In this document: positions 1 through 9,968 of the stretch, in pieces | Layout of the letters: each line of letters begins with the position of its first letter | Numbering within the stretch: the first letter of the stretch is position 1 | DNA from: Tagaea sp. | GTDB taxonomy: Bacteria; Pseudomonadota; Alphaproteobacteria; CACIAM-22H2 | Assembly (NCBI GenBank): GCA_044378015.1 | Contig: JBILXZ010000008.1 | Coordinates: 9,917 to 73,916 of the forward strand | DNA: 64,000 nucleotides | Direction: 5' to 3' | Made by a program: the position numbers and the translations under genes | Notes under the pieces: model-generated | What the model saw: only the letters and a program-made list of their open reading frames with translations | Told to the model about the DNA's origin: nothing | Databases searched by the model: none

Positions 1-50
1 ATTTCGACCGGGTCGGGCAGTTTGACGTCGCGATCCGGCTTGTCGGCCAT
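1..50 (-). CDS. 5' end of a gene running off the window, possibly class I PHA synthase (PhaC)
   Basis: ATG at 50 with GGAGAG RBS; reads MADKPDRDVKLPDPVE. Resembles Rhodospirillales PhaC N-termini, and phaC often lies near aminotransferase-hom. Only 16 codons are visible. Confidence 0.4.
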   Translation of the reverse strand, partial: MADKPDRDVKLPDPVE

Positions 51-100
51 TTTGTCTTCTCTCCTTGGCGGCGATTTCGAACTCGATTATAACGGTTTCG

Positions 101-991
101 ATGTTGTTTTTGTCGAAGTCTCGCATCTCTTTGGTAGGATTTGTTTTTCTGGCCCTCGGGGGATGCACCGAGCAAGGCCCGGACCGCGCCGTCTGGCAGG
201 CCGCGAAAGACGCTGCCAGCGCTGTGGGCAATTTCTTTGGCGACGACAAGCCCAAACCGGCTGCCGTCGACGCCCCCGATCCCGGCGATACGCCCTTTCC
301 GAACCTCGCCGTAGTCCCCCGCCGCCCGGCCCGGCCTGATGCGCAAGTGCTGCAGACCGAGCAGGCGCAACTCGCGGATCAACGCCAGGCCGCGCAGAAT
401 TTCGACAGCCAGCTCAGGGCGATCGATCCAGTTTTGAATCCGGCCAGCCGCCCGCCCGAGCCGCCGCCGGTTGCATCGATGCCGGTTCCAGCGCCGGCGC
501 CGTATCCGCTGCCCGTGCCGCCCGCACCGGCTGTCGCAGCCCCGCCGCCGAGCCAGGTTCAAGCGCCGCCTGCCGCTGCGCAAGCCGCGCCGTTGCCGCC
601 GTTCGCGCCGCCGGTTTTGGTACCGGTGACGGTACCGGCCCCCGTACCTGAGAATCGCCCTCCCGCGGCTCGACCGGTGGCACCGGCGGCGCGTCCTGCG
701 CCAAGCACGTTGTGGCTGGTCGGCGAAGTTTCGTTTGCCGACGGCTCGACGCTTCTGAATTCGGATTCGCGTCGGACCTTGCGCGCGGCGGTCGTTGCGG
801 CCAATGAGCAGGGCAGGTCAGTGCGGATTACGCCGATTGCCGAGGGTCTGGCAGGTCCGCAAGACGGTGCGCTGGCGCCGCGCCGCATGGCCGCCCTAGT
901 GGGCGAGTTGGAAGCGCTCGGGCTTCAACGGAGCAGAGTCCGCATCGAAGCCGGCGGGTTCCGTAGAGCGAGTATTGCCGTCGAGTTCTGA
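101..991 (+). CDS. Proline-rich lipoprotein with C-terminal OmpA-like domain
   Basis: Lipobox LALGGC after ATG 101; long Pro/Ala linker; C-terminal VSFADGSTLL...RRMAALVGELEALGL...RRASI resembles OmpA_C. Confidence 0.65.
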   Translation: MLFLSKSRISLVGFVFLALGGCTEQGPDRAVWQAAKDAASAVGNFFGDDKPKPAAVDAPDPGDTPFPNLAVVPRRPARPDAQVLQTEQAQLADQRQAAQNFDSQLRAIDPVLNPASRPPEPPPVASMPVPAPAPYPLPVPPAPAVAAPPPSQVQAPPAAAQAAPLPPFAPPVLVPVTVPAPVPENRPPAARPVAPAARPAPSTLWLVGEVSFADGSTLLNSDSRRTLRAAVVAANEQGRSVRITPIAEGLAGPQDGALAPRRMAALVGELEALGLQRSRVRIEAGGFRRASIAVEF

Positions 992-1287
992 TTCGGCATG
1001 GCGACGCGACTTCGGTGCGATTCCAGTGCAACACCTATGGGCCGTTGACGCGACACAGTCGCAAAATTTACGCAATGATTTTCTGAAGTTTCTCATGCAA
1101 GGCATTGTTTTTAAACATTCTACGTTTCTTCCATGCGACGGTTCTGAAGAATTCTTCGGACGCGACAAACAACAGCGTCAGCACCTGCATTGCCGGGGGT
1201 CTGATTTAACCAGATTTATAAAATTCGCATTTTAAGAAATTAAACTTATTTTATATAAAATATCATAAAATTGATCTCCAGCATTTC

Positions 1288-1779
1288 TTATGCGTCGTCG
1301 AGTTCGGCCTTACGCGCTGCGAAGTCGTAAACGGCCAAGTGTTTGCGCAAGGGCGAGCTGCGCACGCCTTCGGCTGCCAGCAAGGCGGCTTGGCGCTCGA
1401 CCCCGCCGGGCAGCTTTGGATTGAGAAAGCCGCCGCTCTTGAGCACGCGCCACCAGGGCGTGAGCGCTTCGACGGCCACGCCAACGGCGCGGCGCTCTTC
1501 GGCGGCGCGCGCGCACATATTGGCGAAGATCGCCGTCGAGACCGGGCAGGCGACGGCGACTTTGTGGCGCTTGGCAAGGGTCTGGCGCAAATCGTCCAGC
1601 GTTGCGACTTGGCCCGGTTCGATGCGCCGGATCAATGCGTCGATTTCGGCTGGGCTCGAAACGACCATGGCCCCGCCCTTCGCCTCGCGATAGCCAGGCG
1701 CACCCGGCGGGATCTGATGCACGATATGCGGGATGCGCCCGCTTTCCAGATGTTCGATCGCACTGCGTTTTCGCGCCAT
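1288..1779 (-). CDS. Alkyltransferase-like (ATL/MGMT family) DNA-binding protein
   Basis: PWWRV in place of the catalytic PCHRV; QAALLAAEGV C-terminal motif. Confidence 0.75.
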   Translation of the reverse strand: MARKRSAIEHLESGRIPHIVHQIPPGAPGYREAKGGAMVVSSPAEIDALIRRIEPGQVATLDDLRQTLAKRHKVAVACPVSTAIFANMCARAAEERRAVGVAVEALTPWWRVLKSGGFLNPKLPGGVERQAALLAAEGVRSSPLRKHLAVYDFAARKAELDDA

Positions 1780-1957
1780 GACTGCCTCGTATCCGCTACG
1801 ATGTTGGCCGACGCTTAGCGCAACGTCTGGCCCAAGGGGAATAAGGCATGTTTGTTCGCGGGCCGTTCAGCGACGCCAGGGGCGATTGACCGAGGTGTTT
1901 GCGGGTGCAACCTTGCGCGTGGCGCTTCGCGCTGCGGACGGAAAGAGGGAAACGTCA

Positions 1958-2764
1958 ATGCATGGTACGCCAACGCCTTCGTCGCACGGCAATCAGGCGC
2001 GATTTGCAATGCGGCGTGTGGGCGCAGTGCTGGCGATTCTGCTGGCGGGGCCTTTTGCGGTGTTCGTTTCTGGAGCCACGCAAGGCCAGGATTGGCGAAC
2101 CGCGAGCCGTGCCAGCATGGGGATTGCCCCGTCGGCTCAAGATGCGCCGCAGGCGATGGTGCAGGTCTATGGCGCGCGCGCATTGAGTTGGCGCGGCATT
2201 TTCGGCGTCCATACATGGATCGCGATCAAGCCTGCGCAGGCGCCCGAGTGGACGACGTTCGAGCTGATCGGCTGGCGCGCTTTGCGCGGCGGCGACGGTC
2301 TGGTCGTCACGAACGGTCCGCCCGACCGGCGCTGGTTCGGTGCCGAGCCCGAGCTTTACGCCGAGATCGAGGGGTCTGCCGCCGAAGCCGCGATCTCGCG
2401 CATCGTCGCGGCGGCCGAAGCTTATCCTTATCGGCGCAGCTACACTCTGTGGCCAGGGCCGAACTCGAACACTTTTACGGCGATGGTGGCGCGTGCCGCG
2501 CCCGAGCTCCGGCTCGATCTGCCGCCGACCGCGATCGGCAAAGACTATTTGGGTGGCGATGTGTTTGCGGCGTCCATGCCGAGCGGCACGGGTGTCCAAG
2601 TCTCTTTATGGGGGTTGCTCGGGATTGCGGCGGCGCGCGAAGAGGGGCTTGAGATCAATATCGCTGGCCTCACCTTTGGCATCGATCCGCTGGGGTTTGC
2701 CGTAAAACTCCCCGGTATCGGTCGGGTGGGGGCACCGCGCGAACCGCGTCGCGATTCGGAATAG
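1958..2764 (+). CDS. DUF3750 family protein
   Basis: GIFGVHTWI, YTLWPGPNSNTF and LPPTAIGKDY motifs; RBS GAGGG before ATG 1958 (alternative start 2009). Confidence 0.75.
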   Translation: MHGTPTPSSHGNQARFAMRRVGAVLAILLAGPFAVFVSGATQGQDWRTASRASMGIAPSAQDAPQAMVQVYGARALSWRGIFGVHTWIAIKPAQAPEWTTFELIGWRALRGGDGLVVTNGPPDRRWFGAEPELYAEIEGSAAEAAISRIVAAAEAYPYRRSYTLWPGPNSNTFTAMVARAAPELRLDLPPTAIGKDYLGGDVFAASMPSGTGVQVSLWGLLGIAAAREEGLEINIAGLTFGIDPLGFAVKLPGIGRVGAPREPRRDSE

Positions 2765-2784
2765 CCGCGCCATCTCATCGTTAA

Positions 2785-2937
2785 GCGGCCAATGCGGTCG
2801 CGCTCGGGCGTCTGTTCATCTCCAAACCGGATCTCGTGCGGAGTCTGGCCGAGAACCTGCCGCTGGCACCCTACGACCGCAGCACCTTCTAGGGCGGCGG
2901 GGTCAAGAGCTATACCGACTACGGCCAAGCCGCGTAA
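2785..2937 (+). pseudogene. C-terminal remnant of old yellow enzyme / alkene reductase (NemA-like)
   Basis: Translates AANAVALGRLFISKPDLVRSLAENLPLAPYDRSTF*GGGVKSYTDYGQAA*, matching the OYE C-terminus (GRxFIxNPDL...TFYGGG..GYTDY). Internal TAG at 2890-2892; no 5' part. Confidence 0.75.
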
Positions 2938-2989
2938 CCGGCATTTCGGCGGAGAGGGGAGCGTTGTTGCTCTCCTTTTTTCGTGCACG

Positions 2990-3295
2990 CTACCCGAAAA
3001 ACGCACGCAGGCTTGCGACCGCGACGACGCCGGCGATCGCACCCAGAACGTCGTTGCCGGTGAGCTTGGTTGCGATGGCCACGACGCCGAGGGCGGCAAG
3101 TTCGGCGGGGTTGCCGCGTGCCGCCACCGGCGCGCAAATGCCGACCATCACGGCAAGCGGGGTTGCGCGCAAGGCGGCTTCGATCCGCGGGGTGATCGGC
3201 ACGAAGCGCATCAGGAAGAAGCCCGCCGCCCGGCAGAAAAACGCGACCGCCCCGGCGGCCAGCAGCACGGTCAGAATGTCGGGGCGGATCGTCAT
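2990..3295 (-). CDS. azlD: AzlD-family branched-chain amino acid exporter small subunit
   Basis: 101-aa hydrophobic ORF MTIRPDILTV...; ATGA overlap with azlC. Confidence 0.75.
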   Translation of the reverse strand: MTIRPDILTVLLAAGAVAFFCRAAGFFLMRFVPITPRIEAALRATPLAVMVGICAPVAARGNPAELAALGVVAIATKLTGNDVLGAIAGVVAVASLRAFFG

Positions 3296-3996
3296 TCGGC
3301 GGTCGGCGGCTTGAAGCGCACAAAGGCGACGAGCCCGCCGACCAGCCCGGCGGCCACGATCGTCCAACCGCCGGGTGCGAAGCGATCGACGAGCAAGGCG
3401 GTTGCGGCGGCGGCGATCACAACGCTCCAACTCGGCTGCAGCTTGAACATGCCGAGGCCCATTGCGGCAGAAAACGCGACGAGCATGAAATCGAGCCCCA
3501 GCAAAGCCGGGTTGGCGACGAGGCCGGCCGCGACGACGCCCGCGAGCGTGCCGAGCAGCCACGGCAAGAACATCGCGATGCTGGCGCCGAACGGAAAGCC
3601 GCCGTCGCGTTCTCCCCTGGCATAGGCCTGCATCGACAGCACCCAGCTGCCGTCGCCCATGAAAAACAGCATCGGATAGGTCTGGTAGGCGGGCAGGGGC
3701 CCAAGCCATGGGCGGAATGCGGCGCTGTAGAGAAGGTAGCGCGCATTCAACAGCAATACGGCCAGTGCAATCGCAAGCGTTGCGGTGCCGACACCCGTGC
3801 CGAGCGCGCTCACCGTCGCAAGCTGCGCCGTGCCCGAATAGACGAGCGCACTCATCGTCACGGCCTCGGCCAGCGACAGGCTTGCTTCTTGGGCAAGCAG
3901 ACCGAATGCGACGCCATACGCGAACACGCCGACGGCCATCGGCTGGGCGCGGAAAAAGCCGCGCTTGATGCCGTCCCAGGTGTAGGTAACGGGCAA
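3292..3996 (-). CDS. azlC: AzlC-family exporter permease
   Basis: MSALVYSGTAQL and LLNARYLLYS motifs; multiple TM segments. Confidence 0.85.
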   Translation of the reverse strand: MPVTYTWDGIKRGFFRAQPMAVGVFAYGVAFGLLAQEASLSLAEAVTMSALVYSGTAQLATVSALGTGVGTATLAIALAVLLLNARYLLYSAAFRPWLGPLPAYQTYPMLFFMGDGSWVLSMQAYARGERDGGFPFGASIAMFLPWLLGTLAGVVAAGLVANPALLGLDFMLVAFSAAMGLGMFKLQPSWSVVIAAAATALLVDRFAPGGWTIVAAGLVGGLVAFVRFKPPTAE

Positions 3997-4146
3997 GGGA
4001 GCCGAGTTTGCGATGGCGCGACGTATCCTTTTTGGGCGGCAGGTTTTTTTCTAGATTTGCGGTTTCCCTTGTGGCAACCAAACCACTTGCATGCCTTATA
4101 TCCGGTTTTTGCAGGCCCTTCTTTTTTCGTGCCCGAGGCGCGGTCC

Positions 4147-4530
4147 ATGAAAATCCTTGCCGTGAATGCCCAAGACGCTCCGGCCGCGATGGGCGGCTGT
4201 GCACAAGCAATCGACATTGTCGGTGCGCAGCGCTTGCTGATCGTCAGCGGCCAGATCCCGGTTTCGGCCGACGGCCATGTCCCGTCGGATTTCGACGGCC
4301 AATGCCGTCTTGTCTGGGCCAATATCGGGGTGCAATTGCGCACCGCCGGATTGGATTTTGCGCATCTCGTGAAGGTGACGACGTATCTTTCCGACCGACG
4401 TTATGGCGATGCCAACGGTGCGATCCGCCGCGAGATTCTGGGCGCGTACGCGCCCGCCTTGACCGTCGTAATCGCAGGCATCTACGACGAAAAATGGCTG
4501 CCCGAAATCGAGGCGATGGCAGCCGCCTGA
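4147..4530 (+). CDS. RidA/YjgF/UK114 family protein
   Basis: VSGQIP, LVKVTTYL, PALTVV, EIEAMA motifs. Confidence 0.85.
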   Translation: MKILAVNAQDAPAAMGGCAQAIDIVGAQRLLIVSGQIPVSADGHVPSDFDGQCRLVWANIGVQLRTAGLDFAHLVKVTTYLSDRRYGDANGAIRREILGAYAPALTVVIAGIYDEKWLPEIEAMAAA

Positions 4531-4665
4531 AAAGCCGGGCAGCCATGCCGTAAACGCCCGGCTTTTTCCGGATGCGTTTGCAGGGGCTTCGCTGTAGATA
4601 GGGGGCCTGCGAACCGGGCATTTTGGCCCGATTCTGTACCGCTAAGGAAAAGGCCTCGTACCGCT

Positions 4666-5904
4666 ATGCAAGACGATTTCTATCGCATCAAGCGCCTGCC
4701 GCCCTATGTGTTCGCCGAAGTGAACGCGCAGAAGGCCAAGGCCCGCGCCGTCGGCGACGATGTGATCGATCTCGGCATGGGCAACCCCGATTTGCCGACG
4801 CCCGCGCATATCGTGGCGAAGCTTACCGAGGCCGTGCAGGATCCGCGCACGCATCGCTATTCGATGTCGAAGGGCATTCCGGGTCTGCGCCGCGCACACG
4901 CGGCCTATTACGGCCGCCGCTTCGGCGTCGAGCTCGATCCGGAAACCGAGACGATCGTGACGCTCGGCTCGAAGGAAGGCCTCGCCAATTTGGCGCAAGC
5001 GATCACGAGCCCCGGCGACGTGATTCTGGTGCCGAACCCGAGCTATCCGATCCATCCCTACGGATTCATCATGGCGGGCGCGTCGATCCGGCATCTGCCA
5101 ACCGACGTGTCCACGCAAGCCGGCGTCGAAGCGTTTTTCGCGGCGATGGAGCGCGCGGTCAAGCACTCGGTGCCGAAGCCGTTGGCGCTGATCTTGAATT
5201 ATCCGTCGAACCCGACCGCTCAGGTCGTCGACTTGGCGTTCTACGAGCGCTGCGTCTCGTTCTGCCGCGAACACAAGATTTGGATTCTGTCCGATCTCGC
5301 GTATTCGGAGATATATTTCGACGACGTTCCGCCGCCGTCGATCCTGCAAGTGCCGGGGGCCAAGGACGTCGCCATCGAATTCACGTCGATGAGCAAAACC
5401 TATTCGATGGCTGGGTGGCGCGTGGGCTTCGCCGCCGGCAACAAGACGCTGATCAAGGCGCTCGCGCGCATCAAGAGCTATCTCGACTACGGCGCCTTCA
5501 CGCCCGTGCAGGTCGCCGCCGCCGCCGCCCTAAACGGGCCGCAGGACTGCGTCGTCGAAGCGCGCGAGATCTACAAGCAGCGCCGCGACGTGCTGATCCA
5601 GGGTCTGCAGCAGGCCGGATGGGACGTGCCCAATCCGCCCGCCTCTATGTTCGCCTGGGCCCCGATCCCGCCGCAATATGCGGCTCTGGGCTCGCTCGAG
5701 TTCGCGAAGCTTCTGATGCGCGAGGCCAAGGTCGCGGTGTCGCCCGGCATCGGCTTCGGCGAATACGGCGACACGCATGTCCGCCTTGCCTTGGTCGAAA
5801 ACGTTCAGCGCATCCGCCAGGCCGTGCGGGCGATCAAGCAGTTCATGTCGGCGCCCGAACGCCTGCCCGAGCCGCCGACGCAGAAGAAAAAAGCCGCCGT
5901 ATGA
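4666..5904 (+). CDS. PLP-dependent class I/II aminotransferase (AlaC / LL-DAP aminotransferase-like)
   Basis: DLGMGNPD, NYPSNPT, SDLAY, SMSKTYSMAGWRVG motifs. Confidence 0.9.
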   Translation: MQDDFYRIKRLPPYVFAEVNAQKAKARAVGDDVIDLGMGNPDLPTPAHIVAKLTEAVQDPRTHRYSMSKGIPGLRRAHAAYYGRRFGVELDPETETIVTLGSKEGLANLAQAITSPGDVILVPNPSYPIHPYGFIMAGASIRHLPTDVSTQAGVEAFFAAMERAVKHSVPKPLALILNYPSNPTAQVVDLAFYERCVSFCREHKIWILSDLAYSEIYFDDVPPPSILQVPGAKDVAIEFTSMSKTYSMAGWRVGFAAGNKTLIKALARIKSYLDYGAFTPVQVAAAAALNGPQDCVVEAREIYKQRRDVLIQGLQQAGWDVPNPPASMFAWAPIPPQYAALGSLEFAKLLMREAKVAVSPGIGFGEYGDTHVRLALVENVQRIRQAVRAIKQFMSAPERLPEPPTQKKKAAV

Positions 5905-7208
5905 ACGCGCCGCTTCGCCCCGAACCCTTGCGAATCGCAGTCGCAGGCCTCGGCACCGTCGGCGCCGGGGTTTTGCAGCTTCTGGCCAAAAACGGCGCTT
6001 TGATCGCCGAACGCGGCGGGCGGCCGCTCGAGATCGTGGCCGTCAGCGCGCGCGACCGCAAGAAGGGCCGCGGCCTCGATCTTGGCAAGATTGCTTGGTT
6101 CGACGACGCGGCCGCAATGGCGCGCGAAGCGCCGTGCGACGTGGTCGTTGAACTCGTCGGCGGCTCGGAAGGAGTTGCCCGCGCCGTGTGCGAAAACGCG
6201 ATCGCGGCCGGGCGCCACGTCGTGACCGCCAACAAAGCGCTGCTTGCCCACCACGGCACGTCGCTTGCGGCGGCGGCCGAAGCCAAGGGTCTCACCATCG
6301 CCTACGAGGCGGCGGTGGCGGGCGGCATTCCGATCATCAAGGCGATCCGCGAGGGCTTGGCCGCCAACCGGATTTCGCGCGTCTACGGCATTCTGAACGG
6401 GACGTGCAACTACATCCTCACGCAGATGCGCAAGACCGGTGCTCCGTTCGCCGACGTGCTGGCGCAAGCCCAGAAACTCGGCTACGCCGAAGCCGATCCG
6501 AGCTTCGACGTGGACGGCGTGGATGCCGCGCACAAGCTTGCCGTGCTCGCCGGCGTCGCGTTCGGCACCAAGATCGATTTTGCGGGCGTCCATGTCGAAG
6601 GCATTCGCCGCGTGGGCGCCCAGGACATCCAGTTCGCGCGCGAGCTCGGCTACCGCATCAAGCTGCTCGGCATTGCCGAGCTGGGCGCGGACGGTCTCAT
6701 GCAGCTCGTGCATCCGTGCATGGTGCCGTTGGAAACGCCGATCGCGCACGTGGAGGACGTCTACAATGCCGTCGTTGCCGAAGGCGACTTCGTGGGCCGC
6801 CTCGTGTGCGAAGGGCGCGGTGCGGGGGCGGGCCCGACCGCGTCGGCCGTCGTGGCCGATCTCGTCGACATTGCGCACGGACGTCGGCCGATGACCTTCC
6901 AGGTACCGGCGGGCAAGCTCGCCGAGCCCGCGCGCCTCGGCATCTCGGCACGCCGCGGCAGCTACTATATCCGCCTCGACGTGGTCGACCGGCCCGGCGT
7001 GATCGCCGACGTGACCGCCGCCCTGCGCGACGAGGCCGTGAGTCTCGCTTCGATGCTGCAGCGCGGGCGCGCGCCCGACGAGCGGGTCCCCGTCGTGCTC
7101 GTCACGCACGAAACCTCCGAAGCCGCAATGGCCAAGGCTCTCGCGCGGATCGGCGCCTTGGGCGCCGTTCTCGAGCCGCCGGTCGTCGTGCGGATCGAAA
7201 GCCTTTGA
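5901..7208 (+). CDS. hom: Homoserine dehydrogenase with C-terminal ACT domain
   Basis: GLGTVG, VTANKA, EAAVAGGIP, NGTCNYIL, GAGAGPTASAV, DRPGV motifs; ATGA overlap at 5901. Confidence 0.95.
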   Translation: MNAPLRPEPLRIAVAGLGTVGAGVLQLLAKNGALIAERGGRPLEIVAVSARDRKKGRGLDLGKIAWFDDAAAMAREAPCDVVVELVGGSEGVARAVCENAIAAGRHVVTANKALLAHHGTSLAAAAEAKGLTIAYEAAVAGGIPIIKAIREGLAANRISRVYGILNGTCNYILTQMRKTGAPFADVLAQAQKLGYAEADPSFDVDGVDAAHKLAVLAGVAFGTKIDFAGVHVEGIRRVGAQDIQFARELGYRIKLLGIAELGADGLMQLVHPCMVPLETPIAHVEDVYNAVVAEGDFVGRLVCEGRGAGAGPTASAVVADLVDIAHGRRPMTFQVPAGKLAEPARLGISARRGSYYIRLDVVDRPGVIADVTAALRDEAVSLASMLQRGRAPDERVPVVLVTHETSEAAMAKALARIGALGAVLEPPVVVRIESL

Positions 7209-7237
7209 GCAGAACCGAACGCGACGGAGTCCCGACG

Positions 7238-8212
7238 ATGCCCAACACCTCTTTGCACCTCGACCGCAATCTCGCCCTCGAAGTGGTGCGCGTGACCGAA
7301 GCGGCTGCGCTTGCCGCCTCGCGCCTGATGGGGCGCGGCGACGAGAAGGCCGCCGATCAGGCGGCCGTCGATGCGATGCGCAAAGCGCTCAATTCGCTCG
7401 CCATCGACGGCACCGTCGTGATCGGCGAAGGCGAGCGCGACGAAGCGCCGATGCTCTTCATCGGCGAGAAAGTGGGCCAAGGCGGCCCGCGCGTCGACAT
7501 AGCGCTCGACCCGCTCGAAGGCACGACCATCACCGCCAAGGGCGGGCCCAACGCGCTCGCCGTGATCGCGATGGCCGAGCAGGGCGGCTTCCTGAACGCG
7601 CCCGACGTCTACATGGAGAAGATCGCCGTTGGCGGCGGCCTGCCCGAAGGCATTGTCGATCTCGACAACGCGCCCGAGACCAATCTCAGGAACCTCGCCA
7701 AAGCCAAGGGCGTCGAGATCGCCGACCTCGTGACCTGCATACTCGATCGGCCGCGCCATGCCGAGCTTATCGCCAAGGTGCGCGAGGCAGGCGCGCGCAT
7801 CATGCTGATCTCGGACGGCGACGTGTCGGGCGTGATTGCGACGGCAAGCGCCGGTTCGGGCGTCGATCTTTACATGGGCTCGGGCGGTGCGCCCGAAGGC
7901 GTGCTGGCGGCGGCGGCGTTGCGCTGCATCGGCGGCCAGATACAGGGCCGTCTGCTTTTCCGCAACGACGACGAGCGCGGGCGCGCGGCCCGTCTCGGCG
8001 TCAAGGATCTTTCGAAGAAATACACGATTCTCGAACTTGCCAAGGGCGACGTGATGTTCGCGGCCACGGGCGTTACGGACGGCTCGATGCTGAAAGGCAT
8101 TCGCCGCTTTCCGGGCGGTTCGTCCACCCATTCGATCGTGATGCGTTCGAAGACCGGCACGGTGCGCCTCATCGAGGCCACGCACAATCATCGGGTGAAG
8201 CCCGGCCCTTGA
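7238..8212 (+). CDS. glpX: Class II fructose-1,6-bisphosphatase
   Basis: VTEAAA, VVIGEGERDEAPML, DPLEGT, GGAPEGV motifs. Confidence 0.95.
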   Translation: MPNTSLHLDRNLALEVVRVTEAAALAASRLMGRGDEKAADQAAVDAMRKALNSLAIDGTVVIGEGERDEAPMLFIGEKVGQGGPRVDIALDPLEGTTITAKGGPNALAVIAMAEQGGFLNAPDVYMEKIAVGGGLPEGIVDLDNAPETNLRNLAKAKGVEIADLVTCILDRPRHAELIAKVREAGARIMLISDGDVSGVIATASAGSGVDLYMGSGGAPEGVLAAAALRCIGGQIQGRLLFRNDDERGRAARLGVKDLSKKYTILELAKGDVMFAATGVTDGSMLKGIRRFPGGSSTHSIVMRSKTGTVRLIEATHNHRVKPGP

Positions 8213-8222
8213 GTTCGAGGCC

Positions 8223-9968
8223 GTGAGTTTCCGGGGGCTCGAGCGTTCCATTCTTGGACGGCGCTGGCAGCCGCGGCTGGGCGATGCGCGTGCGGCCCTC
8301 GCCCTCGCCCAGCGCGCGGGGCTAAGCGAAACGGTCGCGCGCATCTTGGCGGGGCGCGGCGTGGACGCGGATCGGGCGGCGTCGTTTCTCGACCCGAAGA
8401 TCCGCGATGCGATGCCCGATCCTTCGCATCTCAAAGACATGGACAAGGCTGTCGACCGGCTGATCGCGGCTCTCGACGCGGGCGAGCCGATCGCGATTTT
8501 CGGCGACTACGACGTCGACGGCGCCACGTCGGCAGCGCTGCTGCAAGGCCATCTCGAAGCTCTCGGCGCGCGCGTGCGCCATTACATACCCGACCGCATA
8601 AAGGAAGGCTACGGCCCCAACGCGGCGGCTTTGCTGATGCTCGCGCAAGAGGGCGTGCGCGTCGTCGTGACGGTCGATTGCGGCACGACCGCGCACGCGC
8701 CCTTGGCGGCGGCGGCCGAAGCCAAGCTCGACGTAATCGTCGTCGACCACCATGCGGCTGAGGCGTCGCTGCCGCAGGCCTTTGCGATCGTCAATCCGAA
8801 CCGCGTCGATCAGACGAGCGACCTCGGCCAGCTTGCGGCCGTGGGTGTCGCGTTTCTTCTGCTCGTTGCGCTCAATCGCGCGTTGCGCAAGCGCGGGCGC
8901 GAGGCGCCCGATCTGCTTGACGCGCTCGATTTGGTGGCGCTGGGCACGGTCGCGGATGTGGTGCCGCTGACCGGCCTCAACCGCGCTTTCGTTTCGCAAG
9001 GCCTCAAGGCTATCGCGGCGCGCGGGCGCATCGGCCTGGCCGCGCTTGCCGACGTGGCGGGCTTGGCCGAAACGCCGCAGGCGTTCCACCTGGGTTTTCT
9101 TCTGGGGCCGCGGGTCAATGCCGGCGGGCGCGTGGGAGAAGCGGATTTGGGCGTGCGCTTGTTGACGTCGCGCGACCCCTTGGAGGCCGCCGATCTTGCC
9201 AAGCGGCTCGACGGCCACAATCGCGAGCGCCAGCGCATCGAAGCGGAAGTGCTTGCCGCTGCGCTTGCGCAAGCCGAGGCCGAAGCAGGGCAGGGCGACC
9301 TTACGCTCGTGGCGGGCGAGGGCTGGCATCCGGGCGTGATCGGGATCGTCGCGAGCCGACTCAAGGACCGTTTCGATCGCCCGGCGCTTGTCGTGGCGCT
9401 CGACGGCGGGATCGGAAAAGGCTCGGCGCGCTCGGCCTTCGGCTGGGACATCGGCGCTGCGACCATAGCGGCGCGCCAGGCTGGCCTGCTCGTCAATGGC
9501 GGCGGCCACGCCAACGCCGCCGGCCTCACCGTCGCGCGCGACGCGTTGTCCGCTTTGCGCGCGTTCCTCGAGACGCATCTGGCCGGACATCTGCAGCATG
9601 CATCGCGCGCGACCGTGCTCGACTACGACGATGTCGTGCCTCTGTCGGCTGCACAGCCGGCGTTTCTCGACGAGATCGAGAAGGTCGGCCCGTTCGGCAT
9701 GGGCAATCCCGAGCCCCGCTTCGTGCTCGCGGGCGTGCGCGTCGCCAAAGCCGACATTGTCGGCACGAACCATGTTCGCTGCTTTCTGCAGGATGCGCGC
9801 GGCGCGCGCTTGGCCGCGATCGCGTTCCGCAGCCTCGACAGCGCGCTCGGCACCTTCCTGCTACGCGGCGACGGCGCGCCGATTGATCTGGTTGGCCGCC
9901 TCAAACGCGACAGCTATCGAGGTGCCGTCCGCGTCCAATTCCATATCGAAGACGCTGCTGCGACTTGA
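8223..9968 (+). CDS. recJ: ssDNA-specific exonuclease RecJ
   Basis: GDYDVDG, TVDCG, DHH, GTVADVV, GSARS, GGHA, PFGMGNPEP motifs. Confidence 0.95.
   Translation: MSFRGLERSILGRRWQPRLGDARAALALAQRAGLSETVARILAGRGVDADRAASFLDPKIRDAMPDPSHLKDMDKAVDRLIAALDAGEPIAIFGDYDVDGATSAALLQGHLEALGARVRHYIPDRIKEGYGPNAAALLMLAQEGVRVVVTVDCGTTAHAPLAAAAEAKLDVIVVDHHAAEASLPQAFAIVNPNRVDQTSDLGQLAAVGVAFLLLVALNRALRKRGREAPDLLDALDLVALGTVADVVPLTGLNRAFVSQGLKAIAARGRIGLAALADVAGLAETPQAFHLGFLLGPRVNAGGRVGEADLGVRLLTSRDPLEAADLAKRLDGHNRERQRIEAEVLAAALAQAEAEAGQGDLTLVAGEGWHPGVIGIVASRLKDRFDRPALVVALDGGIGKGSARSAFGWDIGAATIAARQAGLLVNGGGHANAAGLTVARDALSALRAFLETHLAGHLQHASRATVLDYDDVVPLSAAQPAFLDEIEKVGPFGMGNPEPRFVLAGVRVAKADIVGTNHVRCFLQDARGARLAAIAFRSLDSALGTFLLRGDGAPIDLVGRLKRDSYRGAVRVQFHIEDAAAT

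Noticed and set aside
2946-2960. tRNA-Ser 3'-like fragments (also ~61975-61990)
   Set aside because: Matches are too short and lack T-arm sequence.
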